Below, one piece after another: positions 41,001-53,000 of a DNA stretch of 64,000 bases. The stretch lies in NCBI GenBank assembly GCA_033875325.1, contig JANRKA010000041.1, positions 3,995-67,994 of the forward strand, read 5' to 3'. The position numbers and the translations under genes are program-made. This DNA comes from Elusimicrobiota bacterium (GTDB lineage Bacteria > Elusimicrobiota > Elusimicrobia > UBA1565 > UBA9628). The notes under the pieces are model-generated. The model saw only the letters and a list, made by a program, of their open reading frames with translations. It had not been told where the DNA came from and did not search any database. The number at the start of each line of letters is the position of its first letter. The stretch's first letter is position 1.

Positions 41001-44000
41001 AACGGGACGATGGTCTGCGCCCCGCCGAGCAAGGTCGTGGGCACGTTGAAGCCCTGGTCGCCGCCGACCCAGGAGATGAGGTCCCAGTAGAAACGCGTCC
41101 CCACCGAGTTCTCGCGCGACACGGCCAGCTGGACCTGGGCCATGCCGATGCCCGGCGTGCCCGCGGTGCTCTGGTCATCGGCCGTGCCCGCGATGGGCGT
41201 GGCCCCGGCGGTCAGCGAGGAGTTGTTCGCGGGATGGGTGAAGCCCGAGACCGGCGCGAAGAAGTCGACGCGCAGGTCGTGGCCCGGCGTGACCGGCTCG
41301 GCCCCGCCGCGGTTCTCGTTGCCCGCGCCGTCGATGCCGCGCGCGTAGAAGGTGTAGGTGCGCGGCTGGGCGCGCGAAGCGATGTCGGCCGAGAGGGCGG
41401 CGTCGACGAAGGTCCACGACGAGACGTGGACCTGCGCGGGGCGCCAGGAGGCGCCGCTGAAGCCCGCGAACGCGGTCCCGTTCCACCAGTTGAGCGTCAG
41501 GTTCTCGCGCACGGCCACGAACATCTGGGCCAAGGTCGAGGTGCCCTCGGCGTAGGTGCCCGAAGAGAGGACGAAGGCGGTGGCGTAGGAGTCGTCGACG
41601 GGCGTGGAGATGGTCGTCGTGGGCGCCTGCGCGTCGTAGCGGAACTGGTAGGAGATCTCCGGGCTCTCCTGGTTGCCGGTCTTGTCCACCGAGCGCAGGG
41701 TGACGGTGTAGAGCTCGTTGTCCTGCCACGACGGCAGCACGTCTCCCGCGGGGCTCGACGGCGGGTACTGCCAGGCCGCGGGATCGGCCGTCGTCGTGGA
41801 CACGCGGCGGTAGTTGACCACGGGCGTGAACACCGTGCTCCCGTCCCAGTAGTCGCCGTCGGACTCGCGGATGGCCATCTCCACCCGCAGCAGGCCGGAC
41901 TTGACGCCCGCCCCGTTGAACCAGTCCACGGCCGTGCCGGAGAGCACGGTGGGCTGCCCCAACGGGTAGTAGGGCTGGCCGGGCACAGCGATGGTCGTCG
42001 AGGGCTTGTTCACGTCGTATTTGAAGCTCACCACGGGCGAGACGGCGCTCTGATTGCCCGCCAGGTCGAAGGCGCGCGCCGTGAGCAGGTACTGCTTGTT
42101 GTCGATCCAGGTCGGCGCGGCGAAGGTCCAGGGGTTGGTGGCGTTGACGACGAGGTAGGTCGAGGCCGCGACGACCCAAGCCGAGCCGTCCCACTTCAGG
42201 TTGTCGGTGGTGTCCTCGATCTGCACCTCGACGCGCTGGGTGCCCGCCGGCGCGTCGTTGGTGCCGCCGCGCAGCGTCACCAGCGGGCGCCCCGCGCCGT
42301 AGTCGGGCATGGACACCATCGGCGTGGAGATGCTCACCGTCGGGCCGACGCGGTCGAGGACGACGTGGCTGGTCGTCGGCGTCTCGAGGTTGCCCGCGTT
42401 GTCGCGCGCCTGGATGGCCAGGCCGTACGAAGTGCCGTCGACCTCCGTGATGGTCGGCGCGGAGTGGCCGGGGATGGTGCCCGGATAGGTCCAGGCGACG
42501 GTGCCCGTCGAGCCGGTGAGCTGGACGGGCAGCTGGGTCTGCACGCCGGCGCCGCCCCAGCCCGAGCCGGTCCAGTAATGGCTCGACACGCCCGCCACGT
42601 ACCACACGCGCAGGTAATAGGTGTTGGCCAGCGACAGGTCGGCGTTCGAGGTGCCCGAGATGGCGTCGAGGTTCTGGATGAACGAGGCCGCGGGCGGGTT
42701 GCTCACCACGGAGACCGGCGGGGTGTCGTCGACGATGAAAGACACCAGGCTGACGCCGGGCGTGAAGGTCGTGCCCTGGTTGCCGACGATGGCGCCGGAG
42801 GCGTTGCGCGCGCGGTCGCGGGCGCGCGCCTTCGCGTGATACTGCCGGTCGCCGACCCAATCCGCGCCGCTGAAGAACTGGCGCCAGGAGTCGGTCGCCG
42901 TCGCGACCTGCCATGAGGCCGACTCCACGGTGTTGGACGAGAACTTGGTGCCGTTGGACGAGGGCGGCAGGTTGATGACGCCGGTGTAGTAGTAGCTGGT
43001 GTTGCCGAGCAGGTACCACATCACGGTCTCGACACCCTGCAGGGCGTCGGCGAAGGGGTATAGACCCACCTCCGCGTCGGCGGCCGTGCCGGTGATGGCC
43101 GAGCCGCCGGTCAGGGCGGTGGAGCGGTAGGCCTGGCCGGACACGGGCTGGGTGAAGCCGGCCAGCGGGGCCGCCTTGTCGATGAACACGACCCGGCTCG
43201 ACGCGGGCACGGAGTAGAGGCCCTGGAGGTTCCCGGCGAGGTCGCGCGCGCGCGCGGTCAGGCGGTAGCCCTTGCCCGAGACCAGCGCGCCGGTGAGGCT
43301 CGCGTTGGCGTAGCTCCACGGAGCGGTCCCGACGACCGCGTTGAACGACGAGAGGCTCTGGTTGAACGCGCCGCCGTCGGACCAGTACTGATCGTTGTGC
43401 GGCTCGTAGATCTCGAGCTCGACGGCCGCGACGTCGGACTTCAGGTTCGAGCCGTAGACGCCGTCCGGGTCGAAGGAGGTGCCGGCGATGGTGTCCAGGC
43501 TCAGGTAGACCTGGCCCGAAGACGGCTGCACGAACAGGCCCACCGGCGTCGAGGTGTCGAAGACGAAGGTGAAGTTCGCCATCGAGGCCTCGACGGTCTG
43601 GTCGTTGAGCGCCTTGTCCGAGGCGTGCGCGTACACGGTGTAGTCGGCGCCGTCGAGCAGCGCGCCGTTGGCGAGCGTCGTCGTGCTGAAGGTGAACAAG
43701 GTCGTGCCGCCGAAAGTGCCGGGGCCGAACTCCGCCACGCCGGCCTGGAAAGCGGAGCCGTTCCAGTAACGGTTGTCGGAGTTGCTCTTGAGGCGGAACT
43801 TCACGCCCGACTGCGCGATGGACTGCGCGACCACCGCCCCGGGGTCGGTCGCGGTGCCGGCGAGCGCCGGCAGGACGCTCAAGCAGGCGCCCGCGCCGGC
43901 GCACGGCGCGCCGCTGGGCGAGGTGACGGCGGTCAGCGGCGTGATGCGGTCGAAGATGAAGGTCCGCGAGTCGGTGTTGCCGGGGATGCCGGAGGCGTTG

Positions 44001-47000
44001 ATGGCCGTCGCCGCGACGCTGTAGGACGCGTTGGCCACGGCGTAGGGGCTCGTCAGCGACTGGCTCCAGTTCTGCGGGGAGCCGGGCAGGACGTTGACCT
44101 GGTTGACGACGAGCGCGTCGCCCCAGCTCGTCGTCGCCTCGGTCCAGTAGCTGGCGGGCTCGGTGAGGCGCCGCAAGACCAGCTCGACGCCGTTGGCCAG
44201 GCGCATGTTCACGCCGGTGCCGATGATGGTGTTGACGGACGCGGCGGAGTTGGGGCCGTAGTGCTGCAGGTCCGGCGGCGCGGGCTGGGTCAAGGTCAGC
44301 GTCGCGTCGGGCGACTGCAGGTAGAAACGCACGTCGAAGGAGCCGTGGGGCGCCTCGGCGTTCCCGACGGCATCCACGGCGCGCGCCGTGACGGTGTAGG
44401 TCGAGCGGTTGTCCCAGGCCGTGGTCGTCGCGTCGTAGATCCACTGGCGCACGCCCGGGGACACTACGGCGCCCACGACGCCGGAGGAGAGCTCGACGGG
44501 AGAGGCCTGCCAGGCGTAGCCGTTCCAGTATTGCCCGATGTGGCAGGTGCCCCCGGAGCAGGCCTCCTCGAAGATGGTCAGGCGCACGACCGCGGGCTGA
44601 CCCGGGGCCGTGTCGGAGGCGGTGCCGTAGATGGCGGTCGCGCCCGCGTTGTAGCCGACCGGCGCCGTGGCGATGGACACGGGCGGCGTGGTGTCGAAGA
44701 CGAAGGTGTTCGTGGAGAGCGCGACCTCCTGGTTGGTCGCGCGGTCCATGGCCCGAGAGACCACCTTATAGACGCGGTTGGAGGTCAGCGCGCCCGTGGG
44801 CAGCGCGAAGGACCAGGTTCCCGAGGAGGTGCCGACGAAGGTCGCCGTGGACCACACCGGCGAACCCGACGCGAACGCGGTCCCCGTCCACCAGGTCGTG
44901 GTGACGTCGATCTCGGCCACGGCGACGGTCACGCTCGAGGCCAGGAAGCCGGCCTCGAACTCGCGGGTGCCCGGCGCGCAAAGGCCGGGGTAAAAGGCGC
45001 AGAAGCGGTCTTCGGCGGTGCCCACGACGGTGACGGCCGCCGAGCTCACGAAGCCGCCGTCGGCGGGCCAGCTCACGCGCGAGACGGGCGTCGAGAGGTC
45101 CACGACGAAGGTGTAGGTGGAGTAGGCGGTCTCGACGTTGGTGGCGGTGTCGAAACCCTGAGGGTTGACCGCGTAGCGGTAGCCGTCCTCGAAAGCGCCC
45201 GCGAAGTTGGAGAAGGACCAGGGGTTGAGGCCCACGCGGCTCGTGGCCAGGAAGCCCGGGTCCGCCCCCCACGAGCCGCCGAAGAGGTCCCAATAGGTGC
45301 CGTCGGACTTGCGGATCTTCAGGCGCACGTCGTTGACGCCGCTGGGGCTGAAGCCCGGGTCCGCGGCCGTGCCGGTGACGGTCGCCGGCGCGATGGCGCT
45401 GTAGAGCGGCGGGTAGGTCACGCGCGTGGTCGGCGCGGTGTTGTCGTAGTTGAACACGCGCGCGGGCGTGCCGTCCGCGTTGAGGTCCGCGTCGAGTTGG
45501 CCGTTGCTGGGCGTGGCGCTCGCGTTGCCCGCGCGGTCGAAGGCCCGCACCCAGACGCGGAAGGCGTGCGCGTCGGCGTTGACCAGCGGCGGGAAGGCGA
45601 GGTTCCAGTTGGCCAGGCCGGTGACGGTGCGCCACTGCGAGTATTTGGCGGGCGAGCTGTCCCAGTCCGTCGCGATGACGCCGGTGACCGAGCCGTTCCA
45701 GTAGGACTGGTCGTCGAGCTTGAGCAGGATCTGGACGGTCTGCAGGCCCGACGCGCCGGTGAGCTCGTCGTTGGCCGTGCCGAGAAGTTGGCCGAGCGAG
45801 GCCGCGTTGAGATACACCGAGTTCCCCGGGGCCGTGATGGTGGCCGTGGGGATGGCCGTGTCGTAGCGGAAGGCCGCGCCCGCGTCGACGGCGGCGGGGT
45901 TGAGCTGGCGGTTGCTCGCCTGGTCGAGGGCGACGGTCACGGCGCGGTAGGTCGCGCTCGACTCGAGCATGCCCGCGGGCACGGCCGTGGACCAGGCCAG
46001 GGAGGTGATGCCCTGCACGGGCGTGCTGGAGACCTGGGTCCAGGCCGGGCTCGGCGGCGGAGGCGGCGGGTCGGAGATGCCCGGGTCGAAGGAGGCGGTG
46101 CCCCAGTTCCACCAGCCCACGGGCGCCGCGCCGCCTTCGGTGTGGCGCACGGCGAGGTAGGCGCGCAGCACGCCGGAGACGCCCGCGCCGGTCTCCAGGT
46201 ACTGGCCCGAGAACTGCGGCAGGGCGTTGACGCTGCCGCCGTTGGCGGGCACGGCGACCGTGGAGGTCGGACGGCTGACGTCGTATTTGAAGACCTGCGT
46301 CTGGCCGGCCGCCGAGCCCGTGGGCAGCAGGCCGACGGAGAAGTTGACGGTGTTGCTCGCCACGTCGCGCGCGTAGACGAAGACGGTGTAGTTCACCCCG
46401 TCGGCGAGTTGGGCCTGCAGCTCGGGCGCGGAGTAGTCCCAGGTCGCGTGGCCGGCGCGGTAGACCTGGCTCGACCAGTGGATGGTCGACAAGCTCACCG
46501 AGAAGGTGCGCGTGGCCTCGCTCCACCACAGGTCCTGGGCCGCTCCGGAGGCGATGGCGACCCACACCTCTCTGACGCCCGAGGGCACGGCGCCGGGGTC
46601 GCCCACCGAGCCCCAGGTGTGCGTGCTCAGACGCGTGGACTCCGCGTTGTTGGAGTAGGGCGGCAGCGACGGGGGCGGGACGGGGAAAGCGATGGAAAGC
46701 GTGGGCGCGGTGTCGTCGTAGCGGAAGGTGTGGTCGCCGCCGCCCGGGGCCGCGCGCACGTTGCCCGCGCGGTCGGTCACGCGCAGGTAGAGGCGGTACT
46801 GCTGGTCGTTGGAGAACGCGCCGGCGAGGTCGTCGTAGCTCCAGGGCTGCACGCCCGCCGTGCCGGAGATGGTCGCCGTCGAATAGTGGTCGTTGAGCGC
46901 CGTCCACGAGGAGCCCGTCCAGTCCTCGTCGGGGCCGCCGCCCACGCGCTGGATGCGCAGCTCGACCTTGGAGAGGCCGGCCAGGTCGGCGTCCGCCGTG

Positions 47001-50000
47001 CCGCTGATGAGCGCCAGCGCCGAGACGTTGGCGCCCACGGGAGCGGTGAGGCCGACCGTCGGATTGGTGTCGTCGACCACGAAGTCCACGATGTCGGTGC
47101 CCACGGTAGCGGGAACGCTGACGTTGCCCGACACGGTGCCGTCTTTGAGGAAGGTCGCGTCCTCGGCGCGCGCCTCGAGCCGGTATGCCGTCGCCGTGCC
47201 CAGCCAGCTGATCGCGCCGATGGAGGTCCACAAGGTGTCCGTCGCCGGGAACCAACCGGAGTTGCTCACGCCGGTGCCCGAGGAGAACTGGGTCGTCTGC
47301 CAGTACCAGGTGTCGGCGCCGGCCGTGTAGGAGAGCCGGATGTCCACGCGCCGGATGCCGGCGTTGAACGGCGCGCCCGGATCCGTCGCGGTGCCCGAGA
47401 ACGGGTTGGTCACGCCGGAGAGCTGGCTGCCGCGGTAGGCGTCCCCGTGGACCGGGAAGGCGATGACGGCCGAAGGCGCGACGGCGTCGAACAGGAAGGT
47501 CCGCGAGGAGACGCCCGCGACGAAGGAGGCCTGGGAGTTGCCGGCCACGTCCGCCGCGCGAGACAGGATGGTGTAGTAGGTGCTGAAAGTGGCCAGAGCC
47601 GAGTTGAGGTCCGCGTTGGTCAAGGACCAGTCGGCCGCGGGCGTGCTGGAGGTCGCGATCCAGTACGGGCAGGTCTCGGTGAAGAACAAAGTGCCCGGGT
47701 TGTAGCACAACCCGTTGCGCAGCGAGCGCACGGACGCGCTGATGGCGTGCACGAGGAAGTCGTCGTTGGCCGTGCCCGCGATCTGCGGCGAGCCCAAGGT
47801 CCGCAGCGGCGTGGCGCCGTTGGGCAAGGTGATGCCGGAGGTGGGCGCGGTCACGTCCCAGGTGAAGGCGCGGTTGACGGTGACGCCGTTGCCCGCGCGG
47901 TCCTTGGCGATGAGGGTCGCGGTGTAGGCGCGGCCGGGCTCGAAGGCCGTGGAGTCGGTGAAGCTCGCGTGCGTGACCGCGTAGGTGTTGGACGGCAAAG
48001 CGCCCACGTTCGGGACGAGACAGGTCGCGTCCACCGAGGTGAGACAATCCGACGCCGAGGCGGTGAAGGTGGAGACCGTCGGGTTCCAGTACTGCGGGCC
48101 GACCTCGGTGCGCTGCAGGCGGAAATAAACGGTCTTGACCGCGCCCACCAGGGCGTCGGCGTCGTCGCTCGCCGTGCCCGACAGCGCGGGCAAGGAGCGC
48201 TTGAAGGCGACGTCGGGCATGGTGACGCCGGCCAGCGGGACGCCGTCGTCGATGTGGTACTCGCGCGGGCCCTTGGGCGGCGCCTCGGGGCCGGGCGTGG
48301 CGCGCGACTCGATCTGGTACTTGTTGAGGCTGGTGTAGCTCGCGGGGTAGATGCTGAACGCCCAGTCGCGCCCGGCCAACGGCGTCGAGACCCAGATGTT
48401 GAGCGCGCCGGGCTGCCAGACGGAGCCGTCCCAGGTCTGGGGCGCGCCGGTGATGTCCTGGACGCGGATCTGCACCCCGGTGGCGGCCTCGTTGACCGTG
48501 CCCGAGAGCGTCGCCAAGGTCGCGCGGAAGTGCGGCGTGGTCGCGTCGGGCTTGAGGATCTGCGAGGCCGGGCTCGGCGCGGTGAAGGCGATGCGGTTGG
48601 TGCCGTTGGCCGGCGCGGACGGGCGGTCCTGGATGTTGGAGGCGTTGTCGTCGGGCGCCGACAAGACGTGGTAGGTGACGCCCGCCGCGAAGGTCGGCGA
48701 GGAGGCTCCGGTCGCCGTCCAGTTGACCGGGCTGCCGTTGTCGGTGGTCACGGACACCCAGTAGTTCGACGCGAGGCTCGGAGCCTCCGGGGGCACCGCC
48801 GCGTCGGGCAGGTCGAAGAGCAAGGTCGTCTTGTTCCACCAGTTGGCCGGGGAGGCGCGGTAATAGGCCACGAACACGCGGCGCACGCCCGCCAGGCCGG
48901 TGTCCGTCGCCGTGCCGGTGATGGCCGTGACGGACTCGGGCGAGGAGCCGTTGGTCGGGAAGGTCACCACCGAGGTCGGCTTCGCGAAGTCGGCGGAGAA
49001 GGTGATGCTCGAATAAGTGACCTGCAAACCCGTCGCGCGGTCGATGGCCCGGGCCTGCGCCTCGTAGGTCAGGCCCGAGGTCCAGGCGGCCGAGCTCAAG
49101 GTGAAAGTCCACGGGCCCGTGCCGGAGACGGTCGCGTTGTTCCAGATTTCAGGGCCGCCCGCGACCCAGGAGCCGTTGGGGCCGGCCGAGAGGTCCAGGT
49201 AGAAGCCGTCGGAGGGCCGGCGCACGCGCACCTGCACGAAGTCCACGACGCCCGCGCCGGTGTCCACGGCGTTGCCCGACACCAGCCCGGACTGGGAGAT
49301 GAAGCCGCCGTTGGAGGGCGAGGTGATGGTCGCGGTGGGCCGATAGGTGTCGTAGACGAAGGGCGCCGTGGACCACTGGATGACCGAGACGTTGCCGGCC
49401 TGGTCCACGGCCTGGGAGCGCAGATCGTAGGCCGTGTTGTCGGTCCACTCCGCCAGCGGGGGCATGTTGAAGACCCAGTTCTCGCTGTCGGAATCGTAGG
49501 TCCCGTCTTGCGCCGCGGCGGAGGGCCAGGGGTTGGGCTCGGTAGCCGACCAGGCCAGGCCCGTCCAGTAGTCCGTCGTCGCGCCGATGAAGCGGCGCAG
49601 GTTCACGCGCACGGCGGCCAGACGGCCGCCCGTGTTGTCGATCGAGGATCCGGAGGCGGTGGCGAAGATGCTGCGCGTGTGCAGGCCCGCGGCGGGCGAG
49701 GTGACGGAGGCCGACGGGCGCTCGGGAGTGGCCTGGTACTCGTCGAGCGTGAAGGTGACCGTCGAGGGCGTGACTTGGACCGAGTTCGCCCAGTCCTTCG
49801 CGCGGACCACCGCGCGGAAGGTCTCTCCGGAGTTGCCGGCGATGAAGGGCACGGCCTGCGACCATGTGCCGCTCGAAAGGCCCTGATGCGGCGTGTAGGT
49901 CACGGCCTGCCAGTAATTGGGCGCGGTCGCGGGGTCGGCGACGGCCGCCGCGGTGTCCCCCGCCTCCCAGCCGGGGAGGTCCCAGCGCCAGGTCTGGTTG

Positions 50001-53000
50001 AGGCCCTGACGGTAGACGTGCACGTACACGGTGTTGACGCGCCCGCCGAAGAGTCCGGTGCCCAGGTCGGAGGCCGTGCCCGTGAGCGTGGCGAGAGCGT
50101 TGACGAAGGAGCCGTTGGCCGGCGCGGTGAACGACGCGGTCGGGCGCTCGACGTCGAAGAACACGGGCGTGGGCGGCGCGCCGGCGCCCGCCACGCCCGG
50201 GGAGGGCTGGCCGGTCTCGTTGCTCGCGAAGTCGCGGATGCGCGAGCTGAGCTCGTAGCGGATGCCGTTGGTCCAACTCACGCCCGAGCTGTTGTAGCTC
50301 CACAGGCCGTCCGAGGGGCTGTCGCCGAGCAGGAACCACACGACGCTGCCCGAGGGGTTGAACTGGTTGGCGGGACCCGCCACGCCGTTGGGGTCCCAAT
50401 AGAGGGAAGTGCCCTCGCGACGGATGAAGATCTCCGCCTGGTTGGGCAGGCCGGGCACCGCGTCGGACGCCGTTCCCGAGATCGTGTTGATGGAGGTCAC
50501 GGCCGTGCCGCTGGAGGGCACGGAGACGTTGCCCAGAGGCGCGGTCACGTCCCAGGTGACGGTGCGCGGCGTGCCTTCGGCCTGGTTGCCCACCGAGTCG
50601 CGCGCGCGGGGGATGAGCTGGTAGTCGCGGCCGTCCACGAGGCCGATGGTGAGCGGCACCGTGTAGGACCAGGGCGAACCCTGGACCGTGGTCGGCGTGT
50701 AGGTCGCGAAGGCCACCCAGGCGTCGGTGAAGCTCGAGTACCAGCGGCACGAGCCGTCGGGCGTGCCGCCGGCGCAGGACCCGCCCGCGCTGCTGGCGAT
50801 GGCCACCTCGGTCAACGAAAGCGAGGAGAAGTCGGAAGCCGTGCCCTGGATGGTGACGAGCTGGTTGATCTGGCTCTGGTTGGGCACGGTCACGGCCGAG
50901 AGCGGGTTGACCGCGTCCACGCTGAAGGTGACCGAGTTGACGCCCACCGCGAACAGGTTCTCCACGTTGGCGAGCTTCGTCACGCTGCCGCAGTCGGTGT
51001 CGGCGGTGTTGCCGCCGTTGTCGCAGGCGCGGCTGTAGAGGACGTAGGAGATGCCCGAGTCGCCCACGGAGAACGCCGGGCTGGTGAAGGTCCAGGAGCT
51101 GGGGTGCAGGGACGCGTCGGGCCAGTTGGCGGGTTGGGCGCCCCAAGCCGCGCCGCCCAGCCAGAACAGGCCGTCGGACTGGCGCTGGATCTGGTACTCG
51201 ACGCGGTTGACGCCGCTGTGTTTGTCGTAATAGCCGCCGTGGAACACCGTGGCCCCGGGCCCCAGCGTGCTCAGGTGCGTCGGCGAGGCGATGGCGTTGG
51301 TGGGCTTGACCACGTCCCAGTAGAAAGTATGCGAGCTCACCAGCGGCCCGTTGAAGTCGAACTCGTGCGGGAACAACGCGTTGGCCGCGTCGCGCGCGCG
51401 GTCGCGCGCGGTGACGCGCACGCTGAAGGAGGAGCCGCTGATCTCGTCGTCCGTCCATGGCACGGGCCCGCCGGTGGCGTTGGCGGCCCAGTCCACGTCG
51501 TTGAAGCTCAGGCTCCAGCCCTGCGAGAAGGTCTCCGCCGGGTCGGCGAAGGTGGTGTTGCCGTCGCGCGTGTCCAGCGCGTTGATGGCGGTCGCCACAG
51601 CGCCCCAGCTCGCGCCGTTCCAATACAGGTGGTCCTTGTGGCGGTAGATGCGCAGTCGCACGCCCTCGAGGAAGCCGTTGCTGTTGTCGGTCGCCGTGCC
51701 CAGGATGGAGGTCAGGGTCGTGCGCGTGGAAAGGCCCACCGGCGTGGTCACGCCGGCGGTGGGCGTGGTGTTGTCCACGCGGAAGACGCGGTCGGTCGAG
51801 GCCAAGGTGTAGTTGCCGGCCGCGTCCTGCGCGAGCGCCGACAGCGTGATGCGCGCGTTGTTGAACACCGTCGAGGCGAACGGATAGGTCCACGCGTTGC
51901 CGCCCGTGGCGTTGATCCAGAACGGGCAGCCCTGGTCGAAGGCGGCGCCGCCCCAGCAGTTGTTGGGCCCGAGGTCGCGAAGCGACACGGAGCTGACCCT
52001 CACGGGGAAGTCGTCCGTCGAGAGACCGCTGACCTGGTTGAAGCCCCGGAACACGCCCTCCGTGACGCCCGGGAAGCCGATGCTCACCACCGGAGTGGTC
52101 TCGTCCACCACGAAGGCGTTGGTGGTGCCGCTCACGCGCCAGTTCGCGGCCCTGTCGGCGACCTGCAGCGAGAAGTAATAGGTGGCGCCGTCGGTCCACG
52201 CTGACGACGGGAAGGTCGAGCGCCAGATGCCGGTGCCCGGGTTCCAGCAGGTCAGGCCGCAGGCGACGGTGGAGAAGTTCACCACGGACCCGCCCCAGGT
52301 CTCCGTCCCCCGGTTCCAATACTCGGTGGTACCGGAGATGATGCGGCGCAGCTGGAACTGAAGACTCTCGACTTGTCCCGGTGAGATGTCGCCGGCGGTT
52401 CCGGAGAGCGTGGCCAGTTGGAAGCCGCGATAATAGCCGTCGAACGTCGCGGCGTTGAGGTTCTTGGGGTGCTGGATGACGCCCGTGGGGTTCTGCGTGT
52501 CGAAAACGAAGTCCACCTGGGTAGGAGTGCCCTGAACGTTGCCCGCGTTGTCCACGGCGCGCACGCGCAGACGGTAATCGCGCGTCGTGGTCCAGATGCC
52601 CCCGACGCCGGCTATCTGCCAAGGGTTGGCGCCGGTCGCCGTGTTCCACACCTGTCCCGCCTGCCAGCCCGTGCCCACTCTGTAGTACTGCAGGTTGGAG
52701 AGGTCCTGTATCTCGACCTCCACGCGGGCGGTCTCGGACACGTTGTTGCCCGTCCCGTCGGTCGCGGTGCCGGTCAGCGTGCTCAGCGAGGAGTAGTGGC
52801 GTCCATCGAGCGGAGCCTCGACCACGGCCGTGGGCGCCGTGAAGTCACGCGTGTAGGCCAGCCCGAAGACGCCGCCGGCGTGCTGGTTCGTGTTCCAGGT
52901 CCAACCGGTGTAAAGCGTGGGTTGATAGGCGGCGTCGAAGCTCGCCCCGTTCCAGCGATAGACGCGGATGTGGCGGTTGGCGTTGGTGACGGCCACGAGC

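Noticed and set aside
20015-42916. 7,633-aa plus-strand ORF (also 43397-52204 and 52418-56389) antisense to the giant gene
   Set aside because: In-register shadow frames: the sense gene rarely uses TTA/CTA/TCA, so the antisense lacks stops; the translation is G/R/V/A-rich with no motifs, signal or RBS
19959-52649. Long alternative minus-frame ORFs (3128, 2203, 1448, 1166, 1089 aa) overlapping the giant gene
   Set aside because: Arg/Pro/Gly/His-rich off-frame translations typical of high-GC DNA; no sign of programmed frameshifting
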